Origin: an uncultured Terriglobales bacterium
GTDB taxonomy: Bacteria; Acidobacteriota; Terriglobia; Terriglobales; Acidobacteriaceae
Assembly: GCA_955652395.1 (NCBI GenBank)
Contig: CATPBJ010000100.1
Location: 497 to 64,496, forward strand
Reading direction: 5' to 3'
Length of the DNA: 64,000 nucleotides
The notes below the pieces were generated by a model. The model ran no database searches. It was not told the origin of the DNA and was given only the letters and a program-made list of their open reading frames with translations. Position numbers and translations under genes: made by a program. Shown here in pieces: positions 19,080-27,573 of the stretch (position 1 is the stretch's first letter; each line of letters begins with the position of its first letter).

Positions 19080-19241
19080 TTACTGGATCGAACTGGCAAC
19101 AGAGGAAAAAACGTTGTTGGAACCCGATCCGATCAACCGGATGGTGCCTACAACGACCGCGAGGATCACAGCCAGCATGACCGCGTACTCTGCGACATCC
19201 TGGCCCTCTTCCTCCCACAACCTGTCCAAAGCACGGATCAT
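19080..19241 (-). CDS. flp: Flp/Fap family pilin (copy 1)
   Basis: Inside the 80-aa ORF 19080-19322. From Met28 it reads MIRALDRLWEEEGQDVAEYAVMLAVILAVVVGTIRLIGSGSNNVFSSVASSIQ*, nearly identical to copy 2 in the mature part. Confidence 0.88.
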   Translation of the reverse strand: MIRALDRLWEEEGQDVAEYAVMLAVILAVVVGTIRLIGSGSNNVFSSVASSIQ

Positions 19242-19389
19242 GATTGACCTCACTTTGCCCAAAGCGGAGATGGACGCCGAGCGACCCAAAACCAAGAAAT
19301 CAGACGAAATGATAATGTCCACTGCGCAATGTTTTGCAGTTCAAAGTTGATGCAGGGGATTACCTAACTTGGTTCCTGCTCGGGGAGGA

Positions 19390-20859
19390 CTACGGGGTCC
19401 GGGTCAAAATGACGGCCTCGGAATCTGCATAAACCTGCTTCCATTCCTTACTGGATCGAAGGGCAATCATCAGGGGAGCATCCGGTGGCAGGACCAAAGT
19501 TCGAATGCCCCAAGTCTGCAGGGATTTTCTCCAATCGTGGGTCACGTAATAGCACGCGCTGAAATCAGTCATGAAGGCGTCACCATAAACATCGGCTCGA
19601 CCGTCCATGAAGACGCGATATTGGGGGTACAGCTTCCAGATGAAATACCCGCCCCAGTTGTAGTGGTTCATCATCGGGCCGGGCGGATGATGCTGCTGGA
19701 GGAAGGTGGCCGCCGTCATGGGAAAGTGTTTCGCTTCGGTTTCTGCCTGCCCGCTCACCACGTGTCGGACCCGGAAGACGGTGAAGGCGGCAAAAGTAAA
19801 GAGCACAAGAAAATTAATCACAAGAGTGCGCGAGGCCGACCCGGTCATCGGCGTCCTGAATAACCGGGTAGCGATCGGCTCCTGCAGTGACGACTGGGCC
19901 AGCTCCGCGAGGACCGGGACGATGACCAACACCAGGATCGGGATGTGGCGGATGGAGCGCAGGGCGGCCGGGACGGTGGCCAGCAACAGCACGAGATTGC
20001 GAAGGCGTGGGCGCCGGGGCGATAGGGCCAGACCGGCGACGAGCGCCAGCAGCATGAGCATCAGCGGCCAGTACGTGGGATCATGGAAATCCGGAGAAAA
20101 CCACTCATGAATGAAGCGGTGCATGGAAGCCGAACGGAGAGTCTCAAACGGGTACCAGTAAATTCGGACCCCATTCGGATTTACGACCACCAGTGCCAGG
20201 CAAAGCGCGAAAGCCATCGCCAATCGTTTAAGGCGTGGTAAGGATTTCTGCCATGGTTCCGGACGAACCGCCGCCTCGAACTTTTCGCCGACCAGAAACA
20301 TTGCGATGAAAGCTAATCCAATTGGATATCCCGCGTGCAGGTTGACCCACAAGAGCATCAAGGGAGCAGTCCACCACAGTAGGTTGGGGCGCTCTTCGGA
20401 GGCTTCGAGCAGAACCAGAAAAATGCTGGCCAGCAGGAGAGAAAACATCTGCGGACGAACTCCCCACGTTGTGGCTGAAGTCACCGCTCCCCAAAGCGTC
20501 ATCAGGGCGGCAAGGTAGGGCCGGCCCGATGAGCGCAGGAAAACCAGAAGCAAGGTGGCCGCTATGACAGCGGCAAAGACTACGATCAATCCACCGAATC
20601 CCGAAAACCGATAGATGCCGAACAGCAAGACTTCCGAGAGCCACTCGTGGTTGATCCAGGGCTGGCCATAGCGGGTGAAGGAGTACGGATCGGTATGGAA
20701 GAGGCTGTGATTCTGGAGTATCAGTTGTCCGGTGCGAAGGTGCCACCAGACGTCCGGGTCGGTAATGCCGCGAGCGGCCATGGTGAAAAGGCCGAGGGCG
20801 AGGATAGCTACGAATATCCGGCGGGTTTGTAAGAGCCTGATCACGGTCCGAAAAAGCAA
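19390..20859 (-). CDS. polytopic membrane protein, GT-C-glycosyltransferase-like (paralogue of 7360-8991)
   Basis: 489 aa. It has DPDVWWHLRTGQ...TDPYSF...HEWL, LLWVNLHAGY and C-terminal WGGYFIWKLYPQYRVFMDGR, the same motif order as ORF 7360-8991. Confidence 0.6.
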   Translation of the reverse strand: MLFRTVIRLLQTRRIFVAILALGLFTMAARGITDPDVWWHLRTGQLILQNHSLFHTDPYSFTRYGQPWINHEWLSEVLLFGIYRFSGFGGLIVVFAAVIAATLLLVFLRSSGRPYLAALMTLWGAVTSATTWGVRPQMFSLLLASIFLVLLEASEERPNLLWWTAPLMLLWVNLHAGYPIGLAFIAMFLVGEKFEAAVRPEPWQKSLPRLKRLAMAFALCLALVVVNPNGVRIYWYPFETLRSASMHRFIHEWFSPDFHDPTYWPLMLMLLALVAGLALSPRRPRLRNLVLLLATVPAALRSIRHIPILVLVIVPVLAELAQSSLQEPIATRLFRTPMTGSASRTLVINFLVLFTFAAFTVFRVRHVVSGQAETEAKHFPMTAATFLQQHHPPGPMMNHYNWGGYFIWKLYPQYRVFMDGRADVYGDAFMTDFSACYYVTHDWRKSLQTWGIRTLVLPPDAPLMIALRSSKEWKQVYADSEAVILTRTP

Positions 20860-20986
20860 CTACTATTATTAGCACCGTTGCAGAGTGTACTGTTTCAGCG
20901 ATGGGTGGGAATAGAAGTATTCGACCATCCGCGCGCTGTGTTGGCACTACTCGAGCTGGCCACCCACGCCCGCCAAGAACTCTTGC

Positions 20987-22186
20987 ATGAAACGGCTCGC
21001 TCCAATCTTTGGCGCTGGACTAGTTCTTCGTCTCGCTTTGGTTGCGTATCTCGCGCGCGCAATCCCCCACATGCTCTCCTGGGGCACCAACGAGGCCGGA
21101 GGTATAGCTCGTTGGATCGTAACGAACCACACGTTTTCCTCTCCCTTCCATGATGCCTACGGACCTACCGCCTGGTTAGGACCTATCTACCCTGGCATCA
21201 TCGCCGTTGTTTTTCTCATATTTGGCGTCCAAACCCCGGTCTCGGCTCTAGTGGTGATGTGCTTTAATGCGACTTGTTCAGCGGCGACGGGAATCATCGT
21301 GTATGAGATCGGCAAAGCAATTCGCAGCGAGAGAGCTGGACTATTCGCGGGTTGGATGTGGGCTCTTTCACCGTACGTCGCGATCCTGCCGTATGTCTTG
21401 TGGGACACCGCCTTGTCGGCTCTGCTCTTTAGTGGAGCCCTGTTGCTGACGACGAGGTTGGGCGCGTCAAGCGCGCTCACGCCTTGGATTGTATGCGGAG
21501 CAACCTGGGGCGTGGCAGCTCTAGTCAGTCCCGCCTTGCTCACACCATTGCCGGTTCTGGCATTGCTGTTGTCCGATCGTGGAAGAAGGTGGGGACGGGT
21601 AATCGTACTGGCCATGTGCACAGGTTTGGTGATCGTTCCCTGGACCATTCGGAACTACGTGGTCTTTCATGAGATCATGCCGATTCGCAGTAACGGGTTA
21701 GCCGAAGTGTATTTCGCCAATTGTGGATTTGAAACCCACCCTTTAGGGCCGAGTATGGAGTATCAAACTCTGGGCGAAGCCGCATTTACAGCGCAGGCGG
21801 GTCGCGCGGCAGTCGAATATGTACGATCTCATCCGGCGACCTTCGTCCGTGATTCTCTTCGTCGAGCGCTATTGTTCTGGATTTACCCGATCAATTTTTG
21901 GCCACTTTCGCTTGCGATTGACTTCGGCGCCCTCACGGGTTTGATTCTAGTGTTCAGAAAAACCAGGCAGTTGGCCCTGCCCCTTATCGCGGTGCTTGCC
22001 CTTTACCCGCTGATTTACTATGCATCGCAAGTGGTATCACGGTACCGGCACCCTATTGACCCAATACTTTATGTCCTTAGCGGCGTCGCCGTATCCCGAA
22101 TCTTACAACTCGGTGGGAAGGGCTGGGCCTCAACCGACGACAGGAAGCCCGGGGCCAGCGCCGCGGTTGCATCTCGATTCCCTTGA
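20987..22186 (+). CDS. GT39/PMT_2 (ArnT-like) family membrane glycosyltransferase
   Basis: 399 aa and multi-TM. The N-terminal pattern (RLALVAYL..., first periplasmic loop, IVYEIGK...RAGLFAGWMWALSPY) is typical of ArnT/PMT_2-type proteins. Confidence 0.6.
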   Translation: MKRLAPIFGAGLVLRLALVAYLARAIPHMLSWGTNEAGGIARWIVTNHTFSSPFHDAYGPTAWLGPIYPGIIAVVFLIFGVQTPVSALVVMCFNATCSAATGIIVYEIGKAIRSERAGLFAGWMWALSPYVAILPYVLWDTALSALLFSGALLLTTRLGASSALTPWIVCGATWGVAALVSPALLTPLPVLALLLSDRGRRWGRVIVLAMCTGLVIVPWTIRNYVVFHEIMPIRSNGLAEVYFANCGFETHPLGPSMEYQTLGEAAFTAQAGRAAVEYVRSHPATFVRDSLRRALLFWIYPINFWPLSLAIDFGALTGLILVFRKTRQLALPLIAVLALYPLIYYASQVVSRYRHPIDPILYVLSGVAVSRILQLGGKGWASTDDRKPGASAAVASRFP

Positions 22187-22189
22187 CCC

Positions 22190-22936
22190 ATGAGAAGTCT
22201 GGAGCGCGGGTCAGAGCCGGCCTTGGGGAGATGGTTGGCGTTGGGATTGTACAAGTATCCACTCATCGTCCCATTTGTCTTGCTGTGGTTACGGCGCAAG
22301 AAGTTGATCGCCGGCTTTCTGTCTGTGGCCACAATCCTGGGTCACATCAGCCTGGTCATTACCGGATGGCCGAGTCTTCTGGGCTATCCGCGCTACGTGT
22401 GGGGAACCGAGCACGACCTGAAGTACGCTTTTAATACGCTGCCCGGACTCACTCCGAACCTGCGTGGGCTGATTTCGGCTGTGGTCCCCATGGATCACCC
22501 CGGGATCAAAATCGGATTGACCATATTGCTTTCGGCAATCGTGCTGCGATTGATGATGTACGCAGCGGGCAAGACTTCTTCGGCTGACTCCGAAGGCCAG
22601 CGGGCACTATTTGCTCTCGGCCTGGCGGGGACGGTCCTGGTGAGTTATCACATCTATGTCCACGATCTGAGTTTGTTGTTTCTATCCCTTGTTCTTGTGC
22701 TTGAGACCCTGCTCTCGGATCCTCCCATTCCGAAATGGACGAGGACCATGCTCTATGTCTGCATCGCGCTCCTGTTTTGCAGCCCGTTGTACCTCGTACT
22801 GACGTTGCGGTATGGCCCATTGCGACTGATGGCGATCCTCCTCCTGGCTTTCTTTCTAGGACTGCTGAGGCGGATCAGCTCTCGGCGGATGCAAACGGGC
22901 GGAGTAATATCAGCGCCAGCATCGGCAGGTAGATGA
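22190..22936 (+). CDS. membrane protein resembling the C-terminal half of a GT87/DUF2029 glycosyltransferase
   Basis: 248 aa and multi-TM. It has the central YKYPLIVPFVLLWLRRKK motif but no N-terminal catalytic half. It starts 4 nt after the preceding stop, and its 3' end overlaps the convergent ORF by 62 nt. Confidence 0.45.
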   Translation: MRSLERGSEPALGRWLALGLYKYPLIVPFVLLWLRRKKLIAGFLSVATILGHISLVITGWPSLLGYPRYVWGTEHDLKYAFNTLPGLTPNLRGLISAVVPMDHPGIKIGLTILLSAIVLRLMMYAAGKTSSADSEGQRALFALGLAGTVLVSYHIYVHDLSLLFLSLVLVLETLLSDPPIPKWTRTMLYVCIALLFCSPLYLVLTLRYGPLRLMAILLLAFFLGLLRRISSRRMQTGGVISAPASAGR

Positions 22937-23858
22937 ACACTACGGTGAATCGTCCCACTTCCACAAAGCTGTGCGGGATGTGATACCAGCGCCAGATGCC
23001 GGCTCCCCAACTCAGGGCGGCGGTGAAAAGAATCTCCCGGCGCGACTTGGGAATGAGCCACAGGATAAAAGCGTCGAAGAACCAGCGTTGCGGCATCAGC
23101 GCCGTCAGCACCAGAAACCAGGCGTCCCTGTCCCGGTAGCGCCACAGCGCCATGGCGAGCAGCGGTCCGGGCAGGACCAGCAGTGGAATAAAGTGCTCGT
23201 AGTTCTTCAGTTGTCCCAGCCAAAGCTGCGGCCAGCGTGGCAACGCGACCAGAGTCAGTAGTGCGACCGCGACACAAGCCAGCACGCCGCGCCGGCTCAA
23301 ATTCGTGAGCGCCACCGGCAACCCGAGCTGGGGCTTGACCATGGTCACGGGCAGCAAAAGAGGGAAGAAGGCGCTGGCGAAGATTAGCGTCGACCACTGC
23401 ACCGCCAACAATCCTCCCCAGTAGGGATAGGCCAGAAATACCAACAGACGATGATGTCCGTGGCGCGTGAGACCAAACGCCAACATGGCCGAGCTGACGC
23501 CGTAGAACAAAGACCCCGCGACCTCGGGTCGCAAGCCGACGAAGGGCAATCCGAAAAGCGCCGCGGTCAGCGGATATTGTTCCAGCGGAGTGTCGTAAGG
23601 ATTTTGTCCAGCTAGCAGACGCTGTGCAAGGTGGATGGCCCAACCGAAATCGCCGGCGCCCTGATGGAAATGCAGCAGCAAAAAAAGGCAGAACGCCGCA
23701 CTCGCCACTCCAATCGCCGCGGAGATGCAGATTCGCAATCGCAACGGAAGTTCGCTCGCATAAGTTGTAACATGGAGTGGCTCTTGTTTCCGCCACCCAC
23801 GATTGCCCAAAGACTTCAGACTCGGGCTGCTCCTGGCGCTGCTGTTCGCCGGAGGCAT
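22875..23858 (-). CDS. GT87/DUF2029-like membrane glycosyltransferase
   Basis: Up to 327 aa with GDFGWAIHLAQRLLAGQNPYD, YPL and VKPQLGLP motifs. The true start is probably an internal TTG near 23744/23738, which would remove the overlap with the divergent gene. Confidence 0.55.
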   Translation of the reverse strand: MPPANSSARSSPSLKSLGNRGWRKQEPLHVTTYASELPLRLRICISAAIGVASAAFCLFLLLHFHQGAGDFGWAIHLAQRLLAGQNPYDTPLEQYPLTAALFGLPFVGLRPEVAGSLFYGVSSAMLAFGLTRHGHHRLLVFLAYPYWGGLLAVQWSTLIFASAFFPLLLPVTMVKPQLGLPVALTNLSRRGVLACVAVALLTLVALPRWPQLWLGQLKNYEHFIPLLVLPGPLLAMALWRYRDRDAWFLVLTALMPQRWFFDAFILWLIPKSRREILFTAALSWGAGIWRWYHIPHSFVEVGRFTVVFIYLPMLALILLRPFASAES

Positions 23859-25119
23859 GTGGTTCTACGTGCAGCGGGTGCTCGTGCCCTACCAGAAGGC
23901 CGACGCAGCCGCTCACGGACGGCCACGAGGAAATCTGTCCGATCTTTATCCGCGCTGGCTGGGAACCCGCGAGCTGCTGCTGCACCATCGCGACCCTTAC
24001 AGCCCTGAAGTCACGCGGGAAATCGAGCGCGGATATTACGGGCGCCCGCTCGATCCACATCGCGCTGACGATCCCCGGGTTGACGAGCCTAAAGATCAGC
24101 AGGGCTTTGCCTACCCGGTGCATGTAGTTTTTCTGCTGGCGCCGACAATAGGTTTACCGTTTCCTGAGGTTCAGGCAGGCTTTCGCTGGCTGCTCGTAGG
24201 ACTGACGCTCTCGAGTGTCTTTCTGTGGTTGCGGGTATTGCACTGGCGGCCTTCGCCCACAGTCACCACGATCCTGATCGTCCTGACCTTTGGTAGCTAC
24301 GCCGTGGTGCAGGGAATCAAGCTGCAGCAGTTGACCCTGGTGGTGAGCGCACTTCTCGCGGGGTGCGGCGCGGCGCTGGTGGCCGGGCATTTCTCGCTTG
24401 CGGGTTTCTTGCTGGCCCTGGCGACGATCAAACCTCAACTGGCGTTGCCAGTCGCGGGATGGCTCGCGCTGTGGGCACTCAGCGACTGGCGCCGGCGTCA
24501 GATCTTTGCCTGGAGTTTCGGGTTGACCACTGCAATTTTTCTCGTCGCCTCCGAATGCGTCCTGCACGGATGGTTTGGACGGTTTTGCGACGCCATCGCC
24601 GCCTATCGCCAGTACACCGGCGGCGCGGGTTCACTGCTCGACGTCCTGGCCACGCCGACGCTGGGAAAAGTCCTTGCCGGGGTGGCCGTGATCGTGGTTG
24701 CCATCACCGGCTGGTACGTTCGGCACGCATCTCATGATTCAGTGGCCTTCAGCACCATGCTGGCGCTGGTTCTTGCGGTAACTCTGGTGATCGTGCCCAC
24801 GTTTGCACCTTATAACCAGGTGCTTCTACTGCCTGCGGTGTTTCTGATCGCCGCTTCATGGAAAGACTTGTGGCGCCGAAACCGCCTTACACGCATCGCC
24901 TGTGGACTGGCATTGCTGGTGGTTTTCTGGCCCTGGCTGGCATCCTGCGGGCTGATGCTGGCTTCGTTCTTCTTACCCGCGAGTTCGGTTCAAAAAGCCT
25001 GGGCTGTTCCTCTCTATACCAGCCTGGGTATTCCACTGGTGATTCTGGGGCTGCTCACTGCGTGCGCGGTCGATCGATTGCGAACTCCGTCCGCAGTTTC
25101 TGCGGAGGAACTGGGGTGA
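23803..25119 (+). CDS. GT87/DUF2029 family membrane glycosyltransferase
   Basis: 438 aa with SDLYPRWLGTRELLLHHRDPYSPE, YPVHV and IKPQLALPVAGW motifs and about 10 TMs. The start is TTG; the alternative is Met19. Confidence 0.65.
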   Translation: MPKDFRLGLLLALLFAGGMWFYVQRVLVPYQKADAAAHGRPRGNLSDLYPRWLGTRELLLHHRDPYSPEVTREIERGYYGRPLDPHRADDPRVDEPKDQQGFAYPVHVVFLLAPTIGLPFPEVQAGFRWLLVGLTLSSVFLWLRVLHWRPSPTVTTILIVLTFGSYAVVQGIKLQQLTLVVSALLAGCGAALVAGHFSLAGFLLALATIKPQLALPVAGWLALWALSDWRRRQIFAWSFGLTTAIFLVASECVLHGWFGRFCDAIAAYRQYTGGAGSLLDVLATPTLGKVLAGVAVIVVAITGWYVRHASHDSVAFSTMLALVLAVTLVIVPTFAPYNQVLLLPAVFLIAASWKDLWRRNRLTRIACGLALLVVFWPWLASCGLMLASFFLPASSVQKAWAVPLYTSLGIPLVILGLLTACAVDRLRTPSAVSAEELG

Positions 25120-25307
25120 CATCCTGCATGCCTCTCGAGGCTCGGGACAAATATGCATGAAGCCGCAACCACATGCCAGGCTGTTGGGGCACGACTAGAG
25201 TAGGTCCCTTTCCCGTCCCGCCCGGGCCGTATCGGCCTTGCATTGGGTTGCGATCACAGGTTAGTCTTCTCCCACGCGGCGGCCACGAGGACGTTTCGGA
25301 GGACGAC

Positions 25308-25661
25308 ATGAACCTCAAACTCGAGAAACGCCAGGTCGGCGGGGTCACCATAGTGTCATGTCAGGGCCGCATCATGTTCGGAGACGAGGCCAACGCTTTG
25401 CGCGATTTCCTCAAACAGACTTTGACCGAAAGCCCGCGCATGGTCCTGAACCTTTCAGGAGTGACTTATATTGATAGTGGCGGTCTGGGGACCCTGGTTG
25501 GGGTCTATTCCTCCTCCCGCGCGGCGGGGGCCGAAATCAAGCTCACCGGTCTGGGCCAGCGCCTGCACGATGTACTGCAGGTTACCAAGCTGGCGACAGT
25601 TTTCGAGGTTTTCAATAGTGAGCAGGAAGCGCTCACCGCCTTGGGTCGTGGGGTCGCTTGA
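25308..25661 (+). CDS. STAS-domain anti-sigma-factor antagonist
   Basis: 117 aa from the ATG at 25308 (SD GGAGG 5 nt upstream). It has LSGVTYIDSGGLGTLV with the phosphorylatable Ser in the DSGG context. Confidence 0.85.
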   Translation: MNLKLEKRQVGGVTIVSCQGRIMFGDEANALRDFLKQTLTESPRMVLNLSGVTYIDSGGLGTLVGVYSSSRAAGAEIKLTGLGQRLHDVLQVTKLATVFEVFNSEQEALTALGRGVA

Positions 25662-25776
25662 GCTTTTGAAGTAACCTTCCCGTGCGCCTGACGGTTTAGG
25701 ACCGGGAAGGCAGAGATCGAACTCCTTGCCTGCCGAGGGCGACTCTCTTGAAAACTAACGCGAGCAGGCCAGCCAA

Positions 25777-27447
25777 ATGGCTTTTCAACCTATAACGGGC
25801 CCGATTTCGTCCCCGGGGTCAGGAATTTTTCCCACCCTGGTTTTCGTGCAAGGCAACGACCAGCGCACCATCAACCTCGACCACACTCCGTTCACCGTGG
25901 GTCGCAAGGTCGATAAGGATCTGGTCATCGCTGATCCTCGCGTCTCCCGCGACCATGCTTTGATCACCTCAGAGGACGGACAGTTCTGCGTGGTGGACCA
26001 GGGCAGTAAACACGGAACTTTCGTCAACGGCGAACGGGTACAGCGCAAGACTCTGGAGAGAAACGATCGCGTCGAGTTCGGCGTCCGCGACGTTTCTTAC
26101 GTCATCTTCCATCCCCATCATGCCAGCTCCAACACCGCCCGTGAGTTTTTGAGCCAGATCTCGGGGATTCAAATCTCGACCGACACCACGGACCTGGAAA
26201 AGCTGACGCTTTTTCTCGAAGCGGCCCGCAAGCTGAACACCACCGGCGTTCTCGATGAGATTCTGGTGACTTTGCTCGACGCTACCCTGAAACTTACCCG
26301 CGCCGAGCGCGGCTACGTCTTCATGCGGGACGAAGAGAACAACCTGCGCCTGGCCGCAGGGCGCAACTCCAAGGGCGAACCGCTGCTCGATGACACGACG
26401 ATTTCACACTCCATTCTGGATGAAGGAGTGAAGTCGAACTCGGAGTTCGTCATCACGGATACCAGTCAGTCACTCGATCTGGCGGGCCGGCACAGCATCG
26501 TGGCGTACGATCTACGCACGGTGATCTGCATTCCGTTGCGGAAACCTCAGGTGCAGACCACGCGGGACACGGCTGCGGTACCCATCGAAAGCGCAGCCGA
26601 GGTTATGGGCGCCCTCTATGTGGACTCGCGCTTCGCCTCGCGAGACATCTCGAGTGTGAGCAACGACATTCTGCGGGCCATCGCAACCGAAGCGGCCTCA
26701 CTGATCGAGAACGCGCGCCTGGTGCAGGCCGAAGAAACGTCTCGCCGCTACCAGCAGGAACTCTCCATCGCCGCTTCCATTCAGCAGGGGCTGATGGCAG
26801 TCTCGATTCCTGAGGTCCCCTTTGCGCGCTTGAAGGGCAGGAATCTTTCTTGCAAGGAGATTGGAGGTGACTTCTTCGATGCCGTCAATACCGCGGAGGG
26901 CCTTGCCGTGGTGTTAGCGGATGTCAGCGGAAAGGGAGTTTCGGCCGCCCTCCTGGCGAATACTCTGCAAGGGATGATCTATTCCCAACTCACCGCCGGC
27001 ATGCCCCTGACAGAGATCGTGATCGCTGCCAACCGGTTTTTTACCCACAAGCACATCGGAGAAAAGTACGCCACCATGATCATTGCCCGTCTTCGCCGGG
27101 ACGGGGAACTGGAATACGTCAACTGCGGCCATGTACCTCCATTGCTGGTGTGCAACAAAGAAGTGATCCGACCGCCCCATGGCAACCTACCGGTCGGCCT
27201 GCTGGCCGATGCCACTTACGAAAGCGACCACGTCAGTCTGCACGCCGGCGATCGCCTGATTCTGGTCACGGACGGGGTCACCGAAGCGGAGAATGCTCGA
27301 GGCGACTTTTTTGAGGATTCACGCCTGGAAGCGGTGGCCGCCAAGAGTTCGTCGCTGGAAGATATTTTTGCCGCTGTGGCTAATTTCTGCGGTGGCACTC
27401 CGCTCAGTGATGATTGCACTGTGGTGGAACTGGTGTACTCGGGTTAA
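25777..27447 (+). CDS. FHA-GAF-PP2C (SpoIIE/RsbU-type) serine phosphatase
   Basis: 556 aa. The N-terminal FHA domain (FTVGR...VSRDHA...GSKHGTFVNG) is followed by a central GAF-like region and a C-terminal PP2C domain (GGDFFD...VLADVSGKG...TDGVTEA). Confidence 0.85.
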   Translation: MAFQPITGPISSPGSGIFPTLVFVQGNDQRTINLDHTPFTVGRKVDKDLVIADPRVSRDHALITSEDGQFCVVDQGSKHGTFVNGERVQRKTLERNDRVEFGVRDVSYVIFHPHHASSNTAREFLSQISGIQISTDTTDLEKLTLFLEAARKLNTTGVLDEILVTLLDATLKLTRAERGYVFMRDEENNLRLAAGRNSKGEPLLDDTTISHSILDEGVKSNSEFVITDTSQSLDLAGRHSIVAYDLRTVICIPLRKPQVQTTRDTAAVPIESAAEVMGALYVDSRFASRDISSVSNDILRAIATEAASLIENARLVQAEETSRRYQQELSIAASIQQGLMAVSIPEVPFARLKGRNLSCKEIGGDFFDAVNTAEGLAVVLADVSGKGVSAALLANTLQGMIYSQLTAGMPLTEIVIAANRFFTHKHIGEKYATMIIARLRRDGELEYVNCGHVPPLLVCNKEVIRPPHGNLPVGLLADATYESDHVSLHAGDRLILVTDGVTEAENARGDFFEDSRLEAVAAKSSSLEDIFAAVANFCGGTPLSDDCTVVELVYSG

Positions 27448-27573
27448 AGCTGTCAACTCTCAGCTATCAGCGTCAGAAGTTCGATCTTAAATTAGATCTG
27501 AGACCTGCCTGGCATTTCCTGCTGCGCGTTTCATGAATGCGGTGTCGGTCGCTCAAGATGGAGGCCCGGTCCG

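Noticed and set aside
19330-19350. CTGCAA-aacaT-TGCG on the minus strand upstream of flp copy 1, considered as a sigma-54 promoter
   Set aside because: The -24 element has TG instead of the invariant GG.
20942-20956. Sigma-54-like TGGCAC-N5-gaGCt upstream of the GT39-like gene
   Set aside because: Only the invariant GG/GC dinucleotides and the TGGCAC half match, and the -12 element is poor. No enhancer-binding protein is in the window, so this could easily be chance in GC-rich DNA.
22753-24123. 456-aa minus-strand ORF, one of the longest in this region
   Set aside because: It is Arg/Ala/Gly/Pro-rich with no hydrophobic pattern or motif. It lies in an alternative frame over two membrane-protein ORFs (22875-23858 and 23803-25119) that do have GT87-like motifs. 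It is a typical GC-rich shadow ORF.
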